Source of the DNA: Candidatus Anstonellales archaeon
GTDB lineage: Archaea; Micrarchaeota; Micrarchaeia; Anstonellales; J096
Reading direction: 5' to 3'
DNA: 64,000 nucleotides
NCBI GenBank assembly: GCA_038890615.1
Contig: JAWAFI010000002.1
Span: 17,488-81,487, forward strand
Part shown: positions 35,705-44,822 of the stretch, in pieces
Layout of the letters: every line of letters begins with the position of its first letter
Numbering within the stretch: the first letter of the stretch is position 1
Made by a program: the position numbers and the translations under genes
The notes under the pieces: generated by a model
Told to the model about the DNA's origin: nothing
Database searches by the model: none
Seen by the model: only the letters and a program-made list of their open reading frames with translations

Positions 35705-36112
35705 TTACTCCTTTCCTATTTCCTTTTCCATCCTTTCTGCCATTTCCTCTATCTCTTTCAGGGCTTTTGCAAGCGCCCCCTTGGCGTTCTTGCCTTTTAT
35801 CCTAAGTTCAACTTCGTTCTTTAGCGGATGTTCTTGCCTGTAAAAAACTGTTATGCCATCCATTTCGTTCATGTGCTGGGCAAGTGCCATAGCAAGGGCT
35901 CTGTTTTCTGTTTTTATTATGAGTACATCATCCTCTTTTTCTATGCTGGTAATCATGCCTTTACTTAGGGATAATATTATTAAAACCTTTGGATTCCCTT
36001 TCTTATCCAGGGCTGATATGAGCGGAATAGAAGAAAAGATAAGGAAGATAGAAGAGGAGATGGCTAGGACCCAAAAGAACAAGGCAACAGAGCACCATCT
36101 GGGCAGGCTCAA
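35705..36112 (-). CDS. Small hypothetical protein (true start probably internal)
   Basis: The ORF-track N-terminus is implausibly hydrophobic. The C-terminal ~80 aa (MITSIEKEDDVLIIKTENRALAMALAQ...) look like a small alpha/beta protein. Confidence 0.25.
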   Translation of the reverse strand: MSLPRWCSVALFFWVLAISSSIFLIFSSIPLISALDKKGNPKVLIILSLSKGMITSIEKEDDVLIIKTENRALAMALAQHMNEMDGITVFYRQEHPLKNEVELRIKGKNAKGALAKALKEIEEMAERMEKEIGKE

Positions 36113-37100
36113 GGCAAAAATAGCACAGCTTAAGGCAGAAGCAGAGCATAAGAAATCAATTGGGAAGAGCTCTTACGGTTATGGGTTGAAGAAAGAAGGG
36201 GATGCAACTGTCGTCCTCTTAGGGTTCCCAAATGCAGGCAAATCCTCAATACTTTCAAAGCTCACCAACGCAAAGTCAGAGATAGCAAACTACGAGTTTA
36301 CAACATTGAGAGTAATACCTGGCATGATGGTTCACAAAGGCTTCCGCATCCAGATACTTGACATTCCAGGCATAATAACAGGAGCAAGCAAGGGGAAGGG
36401 AAGGGGCAAGGAGGTTCTAAGCATAGCCCGTTCTGCTGACCTCATTTTGATAGTAGTTCCTGCAGACAGGCCAGAGCAGTACCAGCTTATAGTTGAAGAG
36501 ATGGAAAAAGCAGGCGTAGTGCTTAACAAGGAGCGCCCATATGTCCGCATAGAAAGGACTGCAACAGGTGGTGTGAAAGTGCTGGGCTCAACTGGCAAGA
36601 TGAGCTACAATGAGATAACTGGCATCCTTTCTGCGTTTTCAATATTCAACGCCAATGTTGTGGTTGGTAGGGATGTTGACTCTGATGCTTTTATAGAAGC
36701 AATACTGCCGCGAACGGTTTACAAAAAAGCCATAGTAGTGGAGAACAAGGTTGACATAGCAAAGCCAAGCCTGTCTTTTGCGTTGCCTATATCCTGTGCT
36801 ACTGGCTACAACATAGAGAAGCTAAAGGATTTCATAGTTGACAACCTAGGATTCATAAGGGTTTACACAAACCCAAAAGGAGGAAAGCCAGACCAAGAGC
36901 CAATAATATTGCCAAAGGGGGCAACTGTTGCTGATCTGTGCGCCAAAATATACCGCTGCATGGAAGCTGAATCCCGTGGAGCAATAGTGAATGGAAAAAG
37001 CGCCTCATTTCCAAACCAGATGGTTGGGCTTGACCATATGCTTGCTGATGGGGATGTTGTGAGGATTGTCAAGCATGCCGACAAAAAAAGAAATAGATGA
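36018..37100 (+). CDS. Developmentally regulated GTP-binding protein (DRG/Rbg1, Obg family with C-terminal TGS domain)
   Basis: ATG at 36018 (MSGIEEK...). G1 GFPNAGKSS, G3 DIPGII, G4 NKVD, and a C-terminal TGS-like domain. Confidence 0.8.
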   Translation: MSGIEEKIRKIEEEMARTQKNKATEHHLGRLKAKIAQLKAEAEHKKSIGKSSYGYGLKKEGDATVVLLGFPNAGKSSILSKLTNAKSEIANYEFTTLRVIPGMMVHKGFRIQILDIPGIITGASKGKGRGKEVLSIARSADLILIVVPADRPEQYQLIVEEMEKAGVVLNKERPYVRIERTATGGVKVLGSTGKMSYNEITGILSAFSIFNANVVVGRDVDSDAFIEAILPRTVYKKAIVVENKVDIAKPSLSFALPISCATGYNIEKLKDFIVDNLGFIRVYTNPKGGKPDQEPIILPKGATVADLCAKIYRCMEAESRGAIVNGKSASFPNQMVGLDHMLADGDVVRIVKHADKKRNR

Positions 37101-37341
37101 GATTATATCGTGGTGCGAGCAGAAGAAGAAGGAGAAAGGAATAGTGCCAATAATAGAGCGCAATACATTCAAAGACAAATATCCATGGGCATACCGCTAC
37201 ACCTTCATAGAAATAGACAGGCCTTTTGAAGCTGCTTCCAAGAGCTCACTCGTCTATGATTCAGTTACTAAAAAGCTGTGGCATTTTTTGCTCGGCTCTT
37301 GGAGGCCAATAGAGCCTGAGGCAGACATAAAATTTTACTGA
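37066..37341 (+). CDS. Small hypothetical protein
   Basis: A 91-aa ORF overlapping the DRG 3' end. No motif. Confidence 0.25.
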   Translation: MSSMPTKKEIDEIISWCEQKKKEKGIVPIIERNTFKDKYPWAYRYTFIEIDRPFEAASKSSLVYDSVTKKLWHFLLGSWRPIEPEADIKFY

Positions 37342-37547
37342 GCCACTTTTGACGCAAGGCGTAATATTTGCGCCTGAGCGAAAGCTATTTTAATAGCATT
37401 TACTAAATATCCCTATGCCAAAAAAGAAGGACCTGGTTTACGAGCGGCTGTTCTCAAGCGTGCGCGATCTCTATATGTATGAGTCAGAGGAAAGCATGCC
37501 TAAGCTCCCAAAAGACATAGGCGACTTTAATAATATAATAAAAAGGG

Positions 37548-39125
37548 CTACGCTTCTTTACGAGAAATAGCTGCTTCAACAAACTTGACGAAGATAGGAG
37601 CTGGCCTCTCTAGCCTGCTGTTCAATTCTATATGGGCCTGCGTGGCAATCCCAAATGAGTGGGGCCATTCGATTATCTCAACAATGTCATCCTTGTACCT
37701 TCCGCTTATTATAAGCCCGGTGCTTTCAAGCTCTTTAACAAGCTCAGGGTTTACTTCGTACCTGTGCCTGTGCCTTTCAAAAACCTTTGTAGCCCCATAT
37801 GCCTTATGTGCCAATGTTCCTTCTTTTATCCTGCATTCATAGTCGCCCAATCTCATTGTCCCCCCAAGCTTCTCAATGTATTTCTGCTCTTCAAGCAGCT
37901 TTACCACTGGGTACTTTGTCTCTGGGTCAAATTCAGTGCTGTTCGCCTTTTCCATTCCATTCACATTCCTGGCCCATTCGATAGCCATAAGTTGAAGCCC
38001 AAGGCAAAGCCCGAGGTAAGGCACCTTCCTTTCCCTTGCGTACCTTATTGCGCTTATTTTTCCCTCAATCCCCCTTGTGCCAAACCCTCCTGGGACGATT
38101 ATCCCATCAACATCATTGAGCTGGCTAAGGTCCTGCTCCAGCTCTTCTGCTTCTACCCATTTTACCTCAACTTCTGCGTTGTTTTCTGCTCCTGCGTGTA
38201 TTAGCGCCTCCTTTACGCTTACATAAGCGTCCTTGACAGCAGTGTACTTACCTACGATTGCAACCTTAACTTGCTTCTTTGGCTTCTTTATCCTTTCAAC
38301 CCTTGCATTCCAATCTTTCAGCTTCACTTCCTTTATTTCGCAGCCCAGCTCTTCGCAAATAGCTGAGTAGAGATTTTGCTTTTGGAGCAAGGGAAGGAGC
38401 TCGTATACTGTTCCCACATCAGTATCGTCAAAAACATTGGTTTCTTTCACATTGCAAAACATCGCTATCTTTGCCCTTTCTGCCTTGCCAAGGGGCACTT
38501 TGGAGCGCACTATTATTATGCTCGGCCTTATGCCCATGCTTAAAAGCATCCTATTTGCATGCTGGGTTGGCTTTGTCTTGAGCTCCCCTGTGACATTCTG
38601 AGGCGCATAGGTAAGCTGCACGAAAATAACTTTCTCTTCATTTGCAAGCTGCCTCATTGCCTCTATGAAATACCCGTTTTCCAAGTCCCCTGCAGTGCCC
38701 CCAACTTCAATTACCACAATATCAGCACCTTTCTTTTTCCCTACTTCTTTTACCTTGCTTTTTATATGGTTTATCAAGTGGGGCACAAACTGTACATCTT
38801 CTCCTAAGAATTTGCCCTTTCTTTCCTTTTCTATTATTTCACTGAAAAGAAGGCCTCCTGTTATGCTGCTGTCTTTTGTCATATCCTCATTAAGGAACCT
38901 CTCGTAAGTGCCAAAATCCATATCAACCTCCCTTCCATCCCTGAGCACAAAAACCTCACCATGCCTGTAAGGATTCATAGTGCCACAATCTACATTCAAA
39001 TATCCATCAAACTTAACCATGGCAACCTTAGCCCCACCTTCCTTGAGAAACCGACCTATGGAAGCAGCAACTGCCCCTTTTCCAAGACCAGACATTATAG
39101 TTCCTATTACAACTACAAACTTCAT
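37548..39125 (-). CDS. pyrG: CTP synthase
   Basis: A 525-aa protein with an N-terminal synthetase domain (GGTAGDLE-like motif VGGTAGD) and a C-terminal GATase (GLCLGLQ with Cys, and His-Glu further on). Confidence 0.9.
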   Translation of the reverse strand: MKFVVVIGTIMSGLGKGAVAASIGRFLKEGGAKVAMVKFDGYLNVDCGTMNPYRHGEVFVLRDGREVDMDFGTYERFLNEDMTKDSSITGGLLFSEIIEKERKGKFLGEDVQFVPHLINHIKSKVKEVGKKKGADIVVIEVGGTAGDLENGYFIEAMRQLANEEKVIFVQLTYAPQNVTGELKTKPTQHANRMLLSMGIRPSIIIVRSKVPLGKAERAKIAMFCNVKETNVFDDTDVGTVYELLPLLQKQNLYSAICEELGCEIKEVKLKDWNARVERIKKPKKQVKVAIVGKYTAVKDAYVSVKEALIHAGAENNAEVEVKWVEAEELEQDLSQLNDVDGIIVPGGFGTRGIEGKISAIRYARERKVPYLGLCLGLQLMAIEWARNVNGMEKANSTEFDPETKYPVVKLLEEQKYIEKLGGTMRLGDYECRIKEGTLAHKAYGATKVFERHRHRYEVNPELVKELESTGLIISGRYKDDIVEIIEWPHSFGIATQAHIELNSRLERPAPIFVKFVEAAISRKEA

Positions 39126-39159
39126 AATACTCTAAAAAAGGAAGATTTTAAATACCAAA

Positions 39160-39999
39160 TTGCTTTCCCTTTTGATGATGAGCACGCTGAAGGCATGGGT
39201 TGCGCTTTTCAGAGCTGAGCATGCGCTTCTCATATGCATTGCAATAGCGTTTTCGCAGTATATCACCGGTGCTGCCCCAAACATTATTCACTACATAGCC
39301 CCCATACTTGCGCAATTCTCTGCGTTTGCCCTAAACGATTACCTTGATGCAGAGGCGGATAAGCTAAACAAGAGGAAAGACAGGCCAATAGTTTCAGGCC
39401 TAGTAACAAAGGAGCAGGCCCTTTATGCAGGGGTAGGCGCATTAGCCCTTTCTCTAGTGGCTGCGCTTTTCCTGCCTCTCATAGCCCTCTCAATAGTGCT
39501 TTTATTCAACGCGCTTTCGCTGTTATACAACTTGCGCCTTAAGGATTACCCTCTCGTGGGTGAATTTTACATTGCCTCTTCCATGGCAATACCATTCATA
39601 TATGGGGCTTCTTTTGCGCAGGTAACAGTGCCTATAATAGTAATAACGATAACTGTTTTCTTCTTCGGCATTGGCAGGGAGATTATAAAGAAGGTAGAAG
39701 ATATGGCTGGTGACAAAAAGGCAAGAGGGGCTAGCACTCTCCCTATCTTAATAGGCGCAAAGGGGGCAGTAAAGGTTGCAATTGCCTTCCTTTCTGTGTC
39801 TTTTGCTCTTTTTGCCGTTGCTTTTTTCCTGTTCTTCATTCCTAACCCAGTTTCCCTGCTTTTCTTTGCTTTCATGGCCATCCTTCTCTTTTACTCAGTA
39901 TACTCCGCAATTGCTAATGATTACAAAAAGGCACGCATGGTGAGCCTTGCTTCCATGTTCTTTGCGCTCATTGCGCTCTTTTTTGGAGCATTCCCCTGA
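39160..39999 (+). CDS. UbiA-family prenyltransferase (DGGGP synthase-like)
   Basis: NDYLDAEADKLNKRKDRP Asp-rich motif and about eight TM helices. Confidence 0.7.
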   Translation: MLSLLMMSTLKAWVALFRAEHALLICIAIAFSQYITGAAPNIIHYIAPILAQFSAFALNDYLDAEADKLNKRKDRPIVSGLVTKEQALYAGVGALALSLVAALFLPLIALSIVLLFNALSLLYNLRLKDYPLVGEFYIASSMAIPFIYGASFAQVTVPIIVITITVFFFGIGREIIKKVEDMAGDKKARGASTLPILIGAKGAVKVAIAFLSVSFALFAVAFFLFFIPNPVSLLFFAFMAILLFYSVYSAIANDYKKARMVSLASMFFALIALFFGAFP

Positions 40000-41563
40000 T
40001 CTTTTCTATTTCTCCCCTATCTATCTTTCTGAACAGGTTGCCTATTCTTCCAATCTTGATTGCCTTTTGCCCTATTTCCTCCCATTCGCACTTGCCCCCA
40101 ACCATCTCTGAGATTTTCCTGCTGCTCTCAGGCAGGTAAGGGCTCAGCAGTGGGCCAAGCGCCTTCAGCCAGTTTGCGCAAGCTGTCAGTGTCCTATTCT
40201 TAACTTCGGCATTCTTCCATGGCTCCCTTTCATTAAGAAGGGCGTTGTACCTGCTGTTTTCGTTCACAATCCTGTCAAGCGCCTCCTTTATCCTAAACCT
40301 TTCCACCTCTGCAACCACCTCCTCCTTGAGCTTGGCTACATCCTCCCTCATCCTCCTTTCCTCCTCACTCTCTTCATATTTAAACCCAAGTTTTTCTGCA
40401 AGCACTGAGACCCTTTTGGCGAAGTTGCCTATGTTGCCAACCAAGTCGTTGTTTATCCTATTGGCAAAATCATCCAAGTTAAAATCCGAGTCAGCAAGGC
40501 TGAAAGGGGTTATTTGCGTCTCATAATACCTTAGATACTCTGCAGGGAAAACCTGCAGGAACTCATCTACTGTTATGTAGTGCTTCCTGCTCTTTGAGAA
40601 TTTCCTGCCCTCAAGAGTAAGATGGCCCCTTACAGGTATTGCGCTCGGCAACTTTATGCCAATGTCCGCTGCCATTATCATTGCAGGCCAGAATAGGTAG
40701 TGGTGGTAAACTATGTCCTTGCCTATAAAATGCACTATCCTGCCATTCCAGTACTCCTTCCATTTAGGGGTAAGAGCAACAGTGCTGCTTATATAACCGA
40801 TTGGGGCGTCAAACCAAACATAAAACACCTTTCCTTTCTCAGCAGGCACGCCCCAGTCCAAATCCCTGACTATGTCCCAGTCAACGAGCCCCTCCTTTAT
40901 CCAATTGAGAACATAGTTTTTAACCTCGTCCTGCATCTCTTTGTTTCCCTTTATCCATTCCTCCAGCTTAGGCCCAAACGCCTTCAGGTTGAAGAATGAG
41001 TGCTCTGACCTCTTTTTTGATGGCTTTTTCCTGCAGACAGAGCACTTTGGCTCCTTTATTTCACCTGGCCCTATTGTCCGTCCACAAGCTTCACAGCCAT
41101 CGCTGTATTGGTCCTCTGCCCCGCAGTGGGGGCAAATGCCAATGACAAACCTGTCAGGAAGGAATCTATTGCAGGTTTCGCAGTAGTAAAGCTCTACCTC
41201 CTTGGTGTAAATATAACCGCGCTCCTTTGCCCTTTGGAAAAAAAGCAAGGTCATCTCCTTGTTTTCCTTGCTTGAGGTCCTGTGGAATACGTCAAAATCT
41301 ATAAGCAGCTTCCTGAATGTCTCCTTGTCCTTCTCGTGGTATTTCTTTACAAACTCCTCTGCGCTCACTCCTTCCTTTTCAGCCCCAGCCACTATAGGGG
41401 TGCCATGCTCGTCTGTTGCGCATACATATATTGCATCCTTTCCAAGTGCCTTCATGAACCTGGTATATATATCTGCTGGCAGGTAGGTGCTCCTTATGTG
41501 GCCTAAATGAAGCTCCCCGTTTGCATAAGGCAATGCAGCAGTAACTACTATCCTTTCTTCCAT
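39968..41563 (-). CDS. metG: Methionyl-tRNA synthetase
   Basis: HIGH motif PYANGELHLGH, KMSKS-type RKFSKSRKH, and a zinc knuckle (CETCNRF...CPHCG). Confidence 0.9.
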   Translation of the reverse strand: MEERIVVTAALPYANGELHLGHIRSTYLPADIYTRFMKALGKDAIYVCATDEHGTPIVAGAEKEGVSAEEFVKKYHEKDKETFRKLLIDFDVFHRTSSKENKEMTLLFFQRAKERGYIYTKEVELYYCETCNRFLPDRFVIGICPHCGAEDQYSDGCEACGRTIGPGEIKEPKCSVCRKKPSKKRSEHSFFNLKAFGPKLEEWIKGNKEMQDEVKNYVLNWIKEGLVDWDIVRDLDWGVPAEKGKVFYVWFDAPIGYISSTVALTPKWKEYWNGRIVHFIGKDIVYHHYLFWPAMIMAADIGIKLPSAIPVRGHLTLEGRKFSKSRKHYITVDEFLQVFPAEYLRYYETQITPFSLADSDFNLDDFANRINNDLVGNIGNFAKRVSVLAEKLGFKYEESEEERRMREDVAKLKEEVVAEVERFRIKEALDRIVNENSRYNALLNEREPWKNAEVKNRTLTACANWLKALGPLLSPYLPESSRKISEMVGGKCEWEEIGQKAIKIGRIGNLFRKIDRGEIEKIRGMLQKRAQ

Positions 41564-41600
41564 AGCCTTTCTTCAATGATAAACTTATTAAAAGATAAGG

Positions 41601-42362
41601 TTAAAGCTCCCTTTTTAAAAGCGAAGCAAGCTTTTTGTTGCAGTTGATTAGCCCTGTATAAATCTGAATCCCTACTGTAAGGTTTCTGAAGCGATTGCAC
41701 TCCTTGCTTAGTTTTCTTCCGTATTCCCTTATCATTGCCCAGCTAAGCCCATAGTTGACCCTGTCAAGCAGGTCGAGCGCTGTTTTCCCATCCATGTTCC
41801 TAAGGAAGGGGTTTACTCCTGCTCTGAAAAGAAGGGTTTTTATTACATAATGGTTCTTTTCCCCAAGCACTGCATAGTGCAATGCTGTGTTTCCCTCCTT
41901 GCTTTTTATTCCAGCATCTGCCCCATAGTCCAACAGCAGGTTTAGAATATCATAGTCTCCAGAATAAGAAGCCTTCATGAGTGCTGTTTCCCCTTTTTGG
42001 TTCCTTGCATTTACCTTTGCACCTAATTTCAGCAATAATTCCACTGCATAAAAGGCCCCTGTTTCAGAAGCCCTTATGAGTGCAGTGTTCCTTTCCTTGT
42101 CCCTCCAGTTCGGGTCTATTTCTGCCTCTAACATAATTTTCATAACTTCTACATCGTTTTTGCGTGCTGAATCTATGAAAATTTCAGCCAGCCTTTCCCT
42201 CCCTTCCTTCGTCTCTTTCATCTTCTTCATCTGCTCCACCAATTCCCTGTGCTTTGCCTCCTCATCCCTTTTCCCTTCAACAAGCCCATCCTTTTTTTCA
42301 AAACCCTTCTTAGCTGCCTTTTCCTCTTTTCCATTCTCCTTATTTTCAACCTTTTCAACCAT
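41601..42362 (-). CDS. Ankyrin-repeat protein
   Basis: Four to five ANK repeats (NTALIRASETGAFYAVELLLKLGAKVN, ETALMKASYSGDYDILNLLLDYGAD, NTALHYAVLGEKNHYVIKTLL). Confidence 0.8.
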   Translation of the reverse strand: MVEKVENKENGKEEKAAKKGFEKKDGLVEGKRDEEAKHRELVEQMKKMKETKEGRERLAEIFIDSARKNDVEVMKIMLEAEIDPNWRDKERNTALIRASETGAFYAVELLLKLGAKVNARNQKGETALMKASYSGDYDILNLLLDYGADAGIKSKEGNTALHYAVLGEKNHYVIKTLLFRAGVNPFLRNMDGKTALDLLDRVNYGLSWAMIREYGRKLSKECNRFRNLTVGIQIYTGLINCNKKLASLLKREL

Positions 42363-42364
42363 CC

Positions 42365-42904
42365 CTATTCCTCCCCTTCAAGCACCCTTTTGGCTTTGTG
42401 GATGGCTTCTCCAGCTCTTCTGCTTTTCAACAGAGCCATAGCAGCCCAATACCTAACCTCTGGCTCAGGGTCATCGATGGCTTGCTTAAGCGCCTCCAAT
42501 TCTTTGCTGCTTAGTATTTTCTCTCCCACTAAAGAAAGCGCCCATGCTGCCTTCTTCCTTACCTCTGTGCTCTTGTCGCCAAGCGCATCAGCAAGCAACC
42601 CGATGCATGATTCTATGCCAAGCCCCTTTGCTGCTGTTTTCCCAAGGCATTCTGCAGCTGCTTCCCTTACTCTCTCATCCTTGTCTTTCAGCCCTTCAGC
42701 AAAAACTTCTGCTGCCCCTTCCTTTCCTAGAAGGCCTTCCATAAGCTTTATTTTTTCTGATGTTCCTATTGTGCTGAGCATCCCTATCCTCTCATCTGCT
42801 ATGGGCTCAATCCTTTCTTTCCTGCATTCTCTGCCTCCTTCTTTTTTGCACACCTTTTCCATGAAAAATGTACATTCTGCACCTTTATAATGATTGCCCT
42901 GCAA
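42365..42904 (-). CDS. HEAT (PBS-lyase-like) repeat protein
   Basis: Repeats DERVREAAAECLGKTAA, STEVRKKAAWALSLVGE and EPEVRYWAAMALLKS. Confidence 0.6.
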   Translation of the reverse strand: MQGNHYKGAECTFFMEKVCKKEGGRECRKERIEPIADERIGMLSTIGTSEKIKLMEGLLGKEGAAEVFAEGLKDKDERVREAAAECLGKTAAKGLGIESCIGLLADALGDKSTEVRKKAAWALSLVGEKILSSKELEALKQAIDDPEPEVRYWAAMALLKSRRAGEAIHKAKRVLEGEE

Positions 42905-43001
42905 ATAGAAAGCTTTTTAAATAGACCCACCACAATTACCATGTGAAAAGAATAGAGGGGATGCTTAGGCATTCTTTTTCTATTGGCAAGAGGTTGAAAA
43001 A

Positions 43002-43307
43002 ATGAGCAAGAAACTGTATGTAGGAAACCTGCCCTTTAGCGTGACGCAGGACCAGCTTAAGGAGATGTTCTCTTCTTACGGCTCTGTGTCAGAGGCTATT
43101 GTTATATCAGACAGAATGTCTGGCAGGTCTAAAGGATTTGGTTTTGTAACCTTTGATGAAGATGCCGCAGCTGACAAAGCTATGGCAGAAATGAACGGGA
43201 AAGATGTAGAAGGCAGACAGATTAAGGTTACAGAAGCCAGGCCGCCTTCTCCAGGTGGAAGAGGCGGCTTTGGAAGGGGCCCAGGAAGAGGAAGAGACGA
43301 GTTCTAA
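43002..43307 (+). CDS. RRM-type RNA-binding protein with Gly/Arg-rich tail
   Basis: RNP2 LYVGNL, RNP1 KGFGFVTF, and a C-terminal RGG-like tail (PGGRGGFGRGPGRGR). Confidence 0.8.
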   Translation: MSKKLYVGNLPFSVTQDQLKEMFSSYGSVSEAIVISDRMSGRSKGFGFVTFDEDAAADKAMAEMNGKDVEGRQIKVTEARPPSPGGRGGFGRGPGRGRDEF

Positions 43308-43380
43308 GCCCTTTATAACCTGTCCTAACCTTTCCCATTTTTCCCAAAACATATTTAATGATTGCCTAATTTAGTGCTTT

Positions 43381-44292
43381 ATGGATGAAGAGGAGAAAGC
43401 TGATTATAGCAAGATCAGCCGCAAGTTCAAAGAGGTGGCTGACTCAAACGCGCGCCTTGACTTAATAAAGGCAATAAAGCTTTATTCCCAAGGGAGCAAG
43501 GATGAGTCACTAAAACTCCTTAGCTCTATAATTGAGGAAGCGCCATCTATCGCAGCTTCAATGCTGTACTCCCCAAAAAGCGAGCTTGCTGATGAGTTTT
43601 CAAAGCTCCGCTTCTTTTCAATTTTCTTTGCAATGCTTAAATCAGTGAAGCGGTATGATGCAATTGTTGCCACAATCCTTTTTTCATTCAGGGACAAGAA
43701 GCACTATCCCATTGAGCTAGTAACTACCATCCTCCCTTTCATGCAGGACAAAGAATTCATAAGCGAATTCAGCTCCTCTTTAGAGGAGCATCCAAGGGAG
43801 CTTCTTCAGTTCTTGGTTGATTCTGAAGAGCAGGAGTTTGTCAAGCCGTTCAGGAAGTTCATAAAGGATTACATAGAGGAAAACTTTGGGGATGACCAGT
43901 ACACGGCAATAAAGGCCATTTCTTTAATAAAGGATTCTGCCACTGAAAGGTTCCTTCTTGGCTATATAGATGATTGGGATGAAGAGGTACGCCGTCTTGT
44001 CCTGCTGTACTTTATGAATTCGCAAAGCCATGAGATAGGCAGTGAATTTGTGAATGCCCTTATCTCTGAAAAGGACAGGCGCCTAAGGGCATTGCTAAAG
44101 CACATAATAATGAACAACTTCTCTAGGCTAAAGGATCACATCATAAAGGAAATCAAGAAGAATAAGTTAGAAGCATCAAAGGACCTTCTTCATGTAGCCT
44201 TCATGATGATGGATAAAAAGGAATTAAGTGAACTTGCAGATGAGCTAAGCGATGAAAAGCGAAACTATTTATTAAACAAGATGTACATTTGA
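43381..44292 (+). CDS. Hypothetical alpha-helical repeat (HEAT/ARM-like) protein
   Basis: All-helical with weak HEAT-like periodicity (EEVRRLVLLYF, DRRLRALLKHI). The ATGA overlap with the downstream KH gene puts it first in the Top VI array. Confidence 0.3.
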   Translation: MDEEEKADYSKISRKFKEVADSNARLDLIKAIKLYSQGSKDESLKLLSSIIEEAPSIAASMLYSPKSELADEFSKLRFFSIFFAMLKSVKRYDAIVATILFSFRDKKHYPIELVTTILPFMQDKEFISEFSSSLEEHPRELLQFLVDSEEQEFVKPFRKFIKDYIEENFGDDQYTAIKAISLIKDSATERFLLGYIDDWDEEVRRLVLLYFMNSQSHEIGSEFVNALISEKDRRLRALLKHIIMNNFSRLKDHIIKEIKKNKLEASKDLLHVAFMMMDKKELSELADELSDEKRNYLLNKMYI

Positions 44293-44822
44293 TTGCCATG
44301 ACCAGCATAATAAGGATCCCACAAACCATGGTGGAACAGGCAAAGGAGGCATGTTCAGCCATAAAAGGGCTAGTTAAGGCAAAGCTTAGCGTGAGCGAGG
44401 ACGGAACTGTTGAGATTGAAGGGGATGCTCTTGAGGAGCAGAGGGTCTGCCTTGTAATGAAAGCGATCGGAAGGGGGTTTGATAAGGAGGATGCACTTCT
44501 GCTCCTTGATGATGAGTATGAATTAAGGGCAATAAACCTTAAGGATTATTTCAGCTCCCCTGGCCACTTCAAGCGCATAAAAGGAAGAGTCATAGGAAGG
44601 GGCGGGAGCATAAAGAAGAGCATAGAAAGCTCCACCTTCTCAAGGATAAGCGTATGGGGGAACCATATCTCAATAATAGCCCCTTACTACTCCCTTCCAT
44701 ATGCAGAAGAGGCAGTAGGAATGATTATAAGAGGGTCAAAGCATTCAACCCTTGGGAATTACCTTTCCAAGGCAAGGAAGGACCTCATTTACACCCAGCT
44801 AAAAGGTGAAAAGAATGTTTGA
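44289..44822 (+). CDS. KH-domain RNA-binding protein, aDim2/Pno1-like
   Basis: Two KH folds: a degenerate first one (KAIGRGF) and a second with canonical GXXG (VIGRGGSIKKSIE). About 175 aa. Overlaps top6B by 17 nt. Confidence 0.6.
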   Translation: MIAMTSIIRIPQTMVEQAKEACSAIKGLVKAKLSVSEDGTVEIEGDALEEQRVCLVMKAIGRGFDKEDALLLLDDEYELRAINLKDYFSSPGHFKRIKGRVIGRGGSIKKSIESSTFSRISVWGNHISIIAPYYSLPYAEEAVGMIIRGSKHSTLGNYLSKARKDLIYTQLKGEKNV

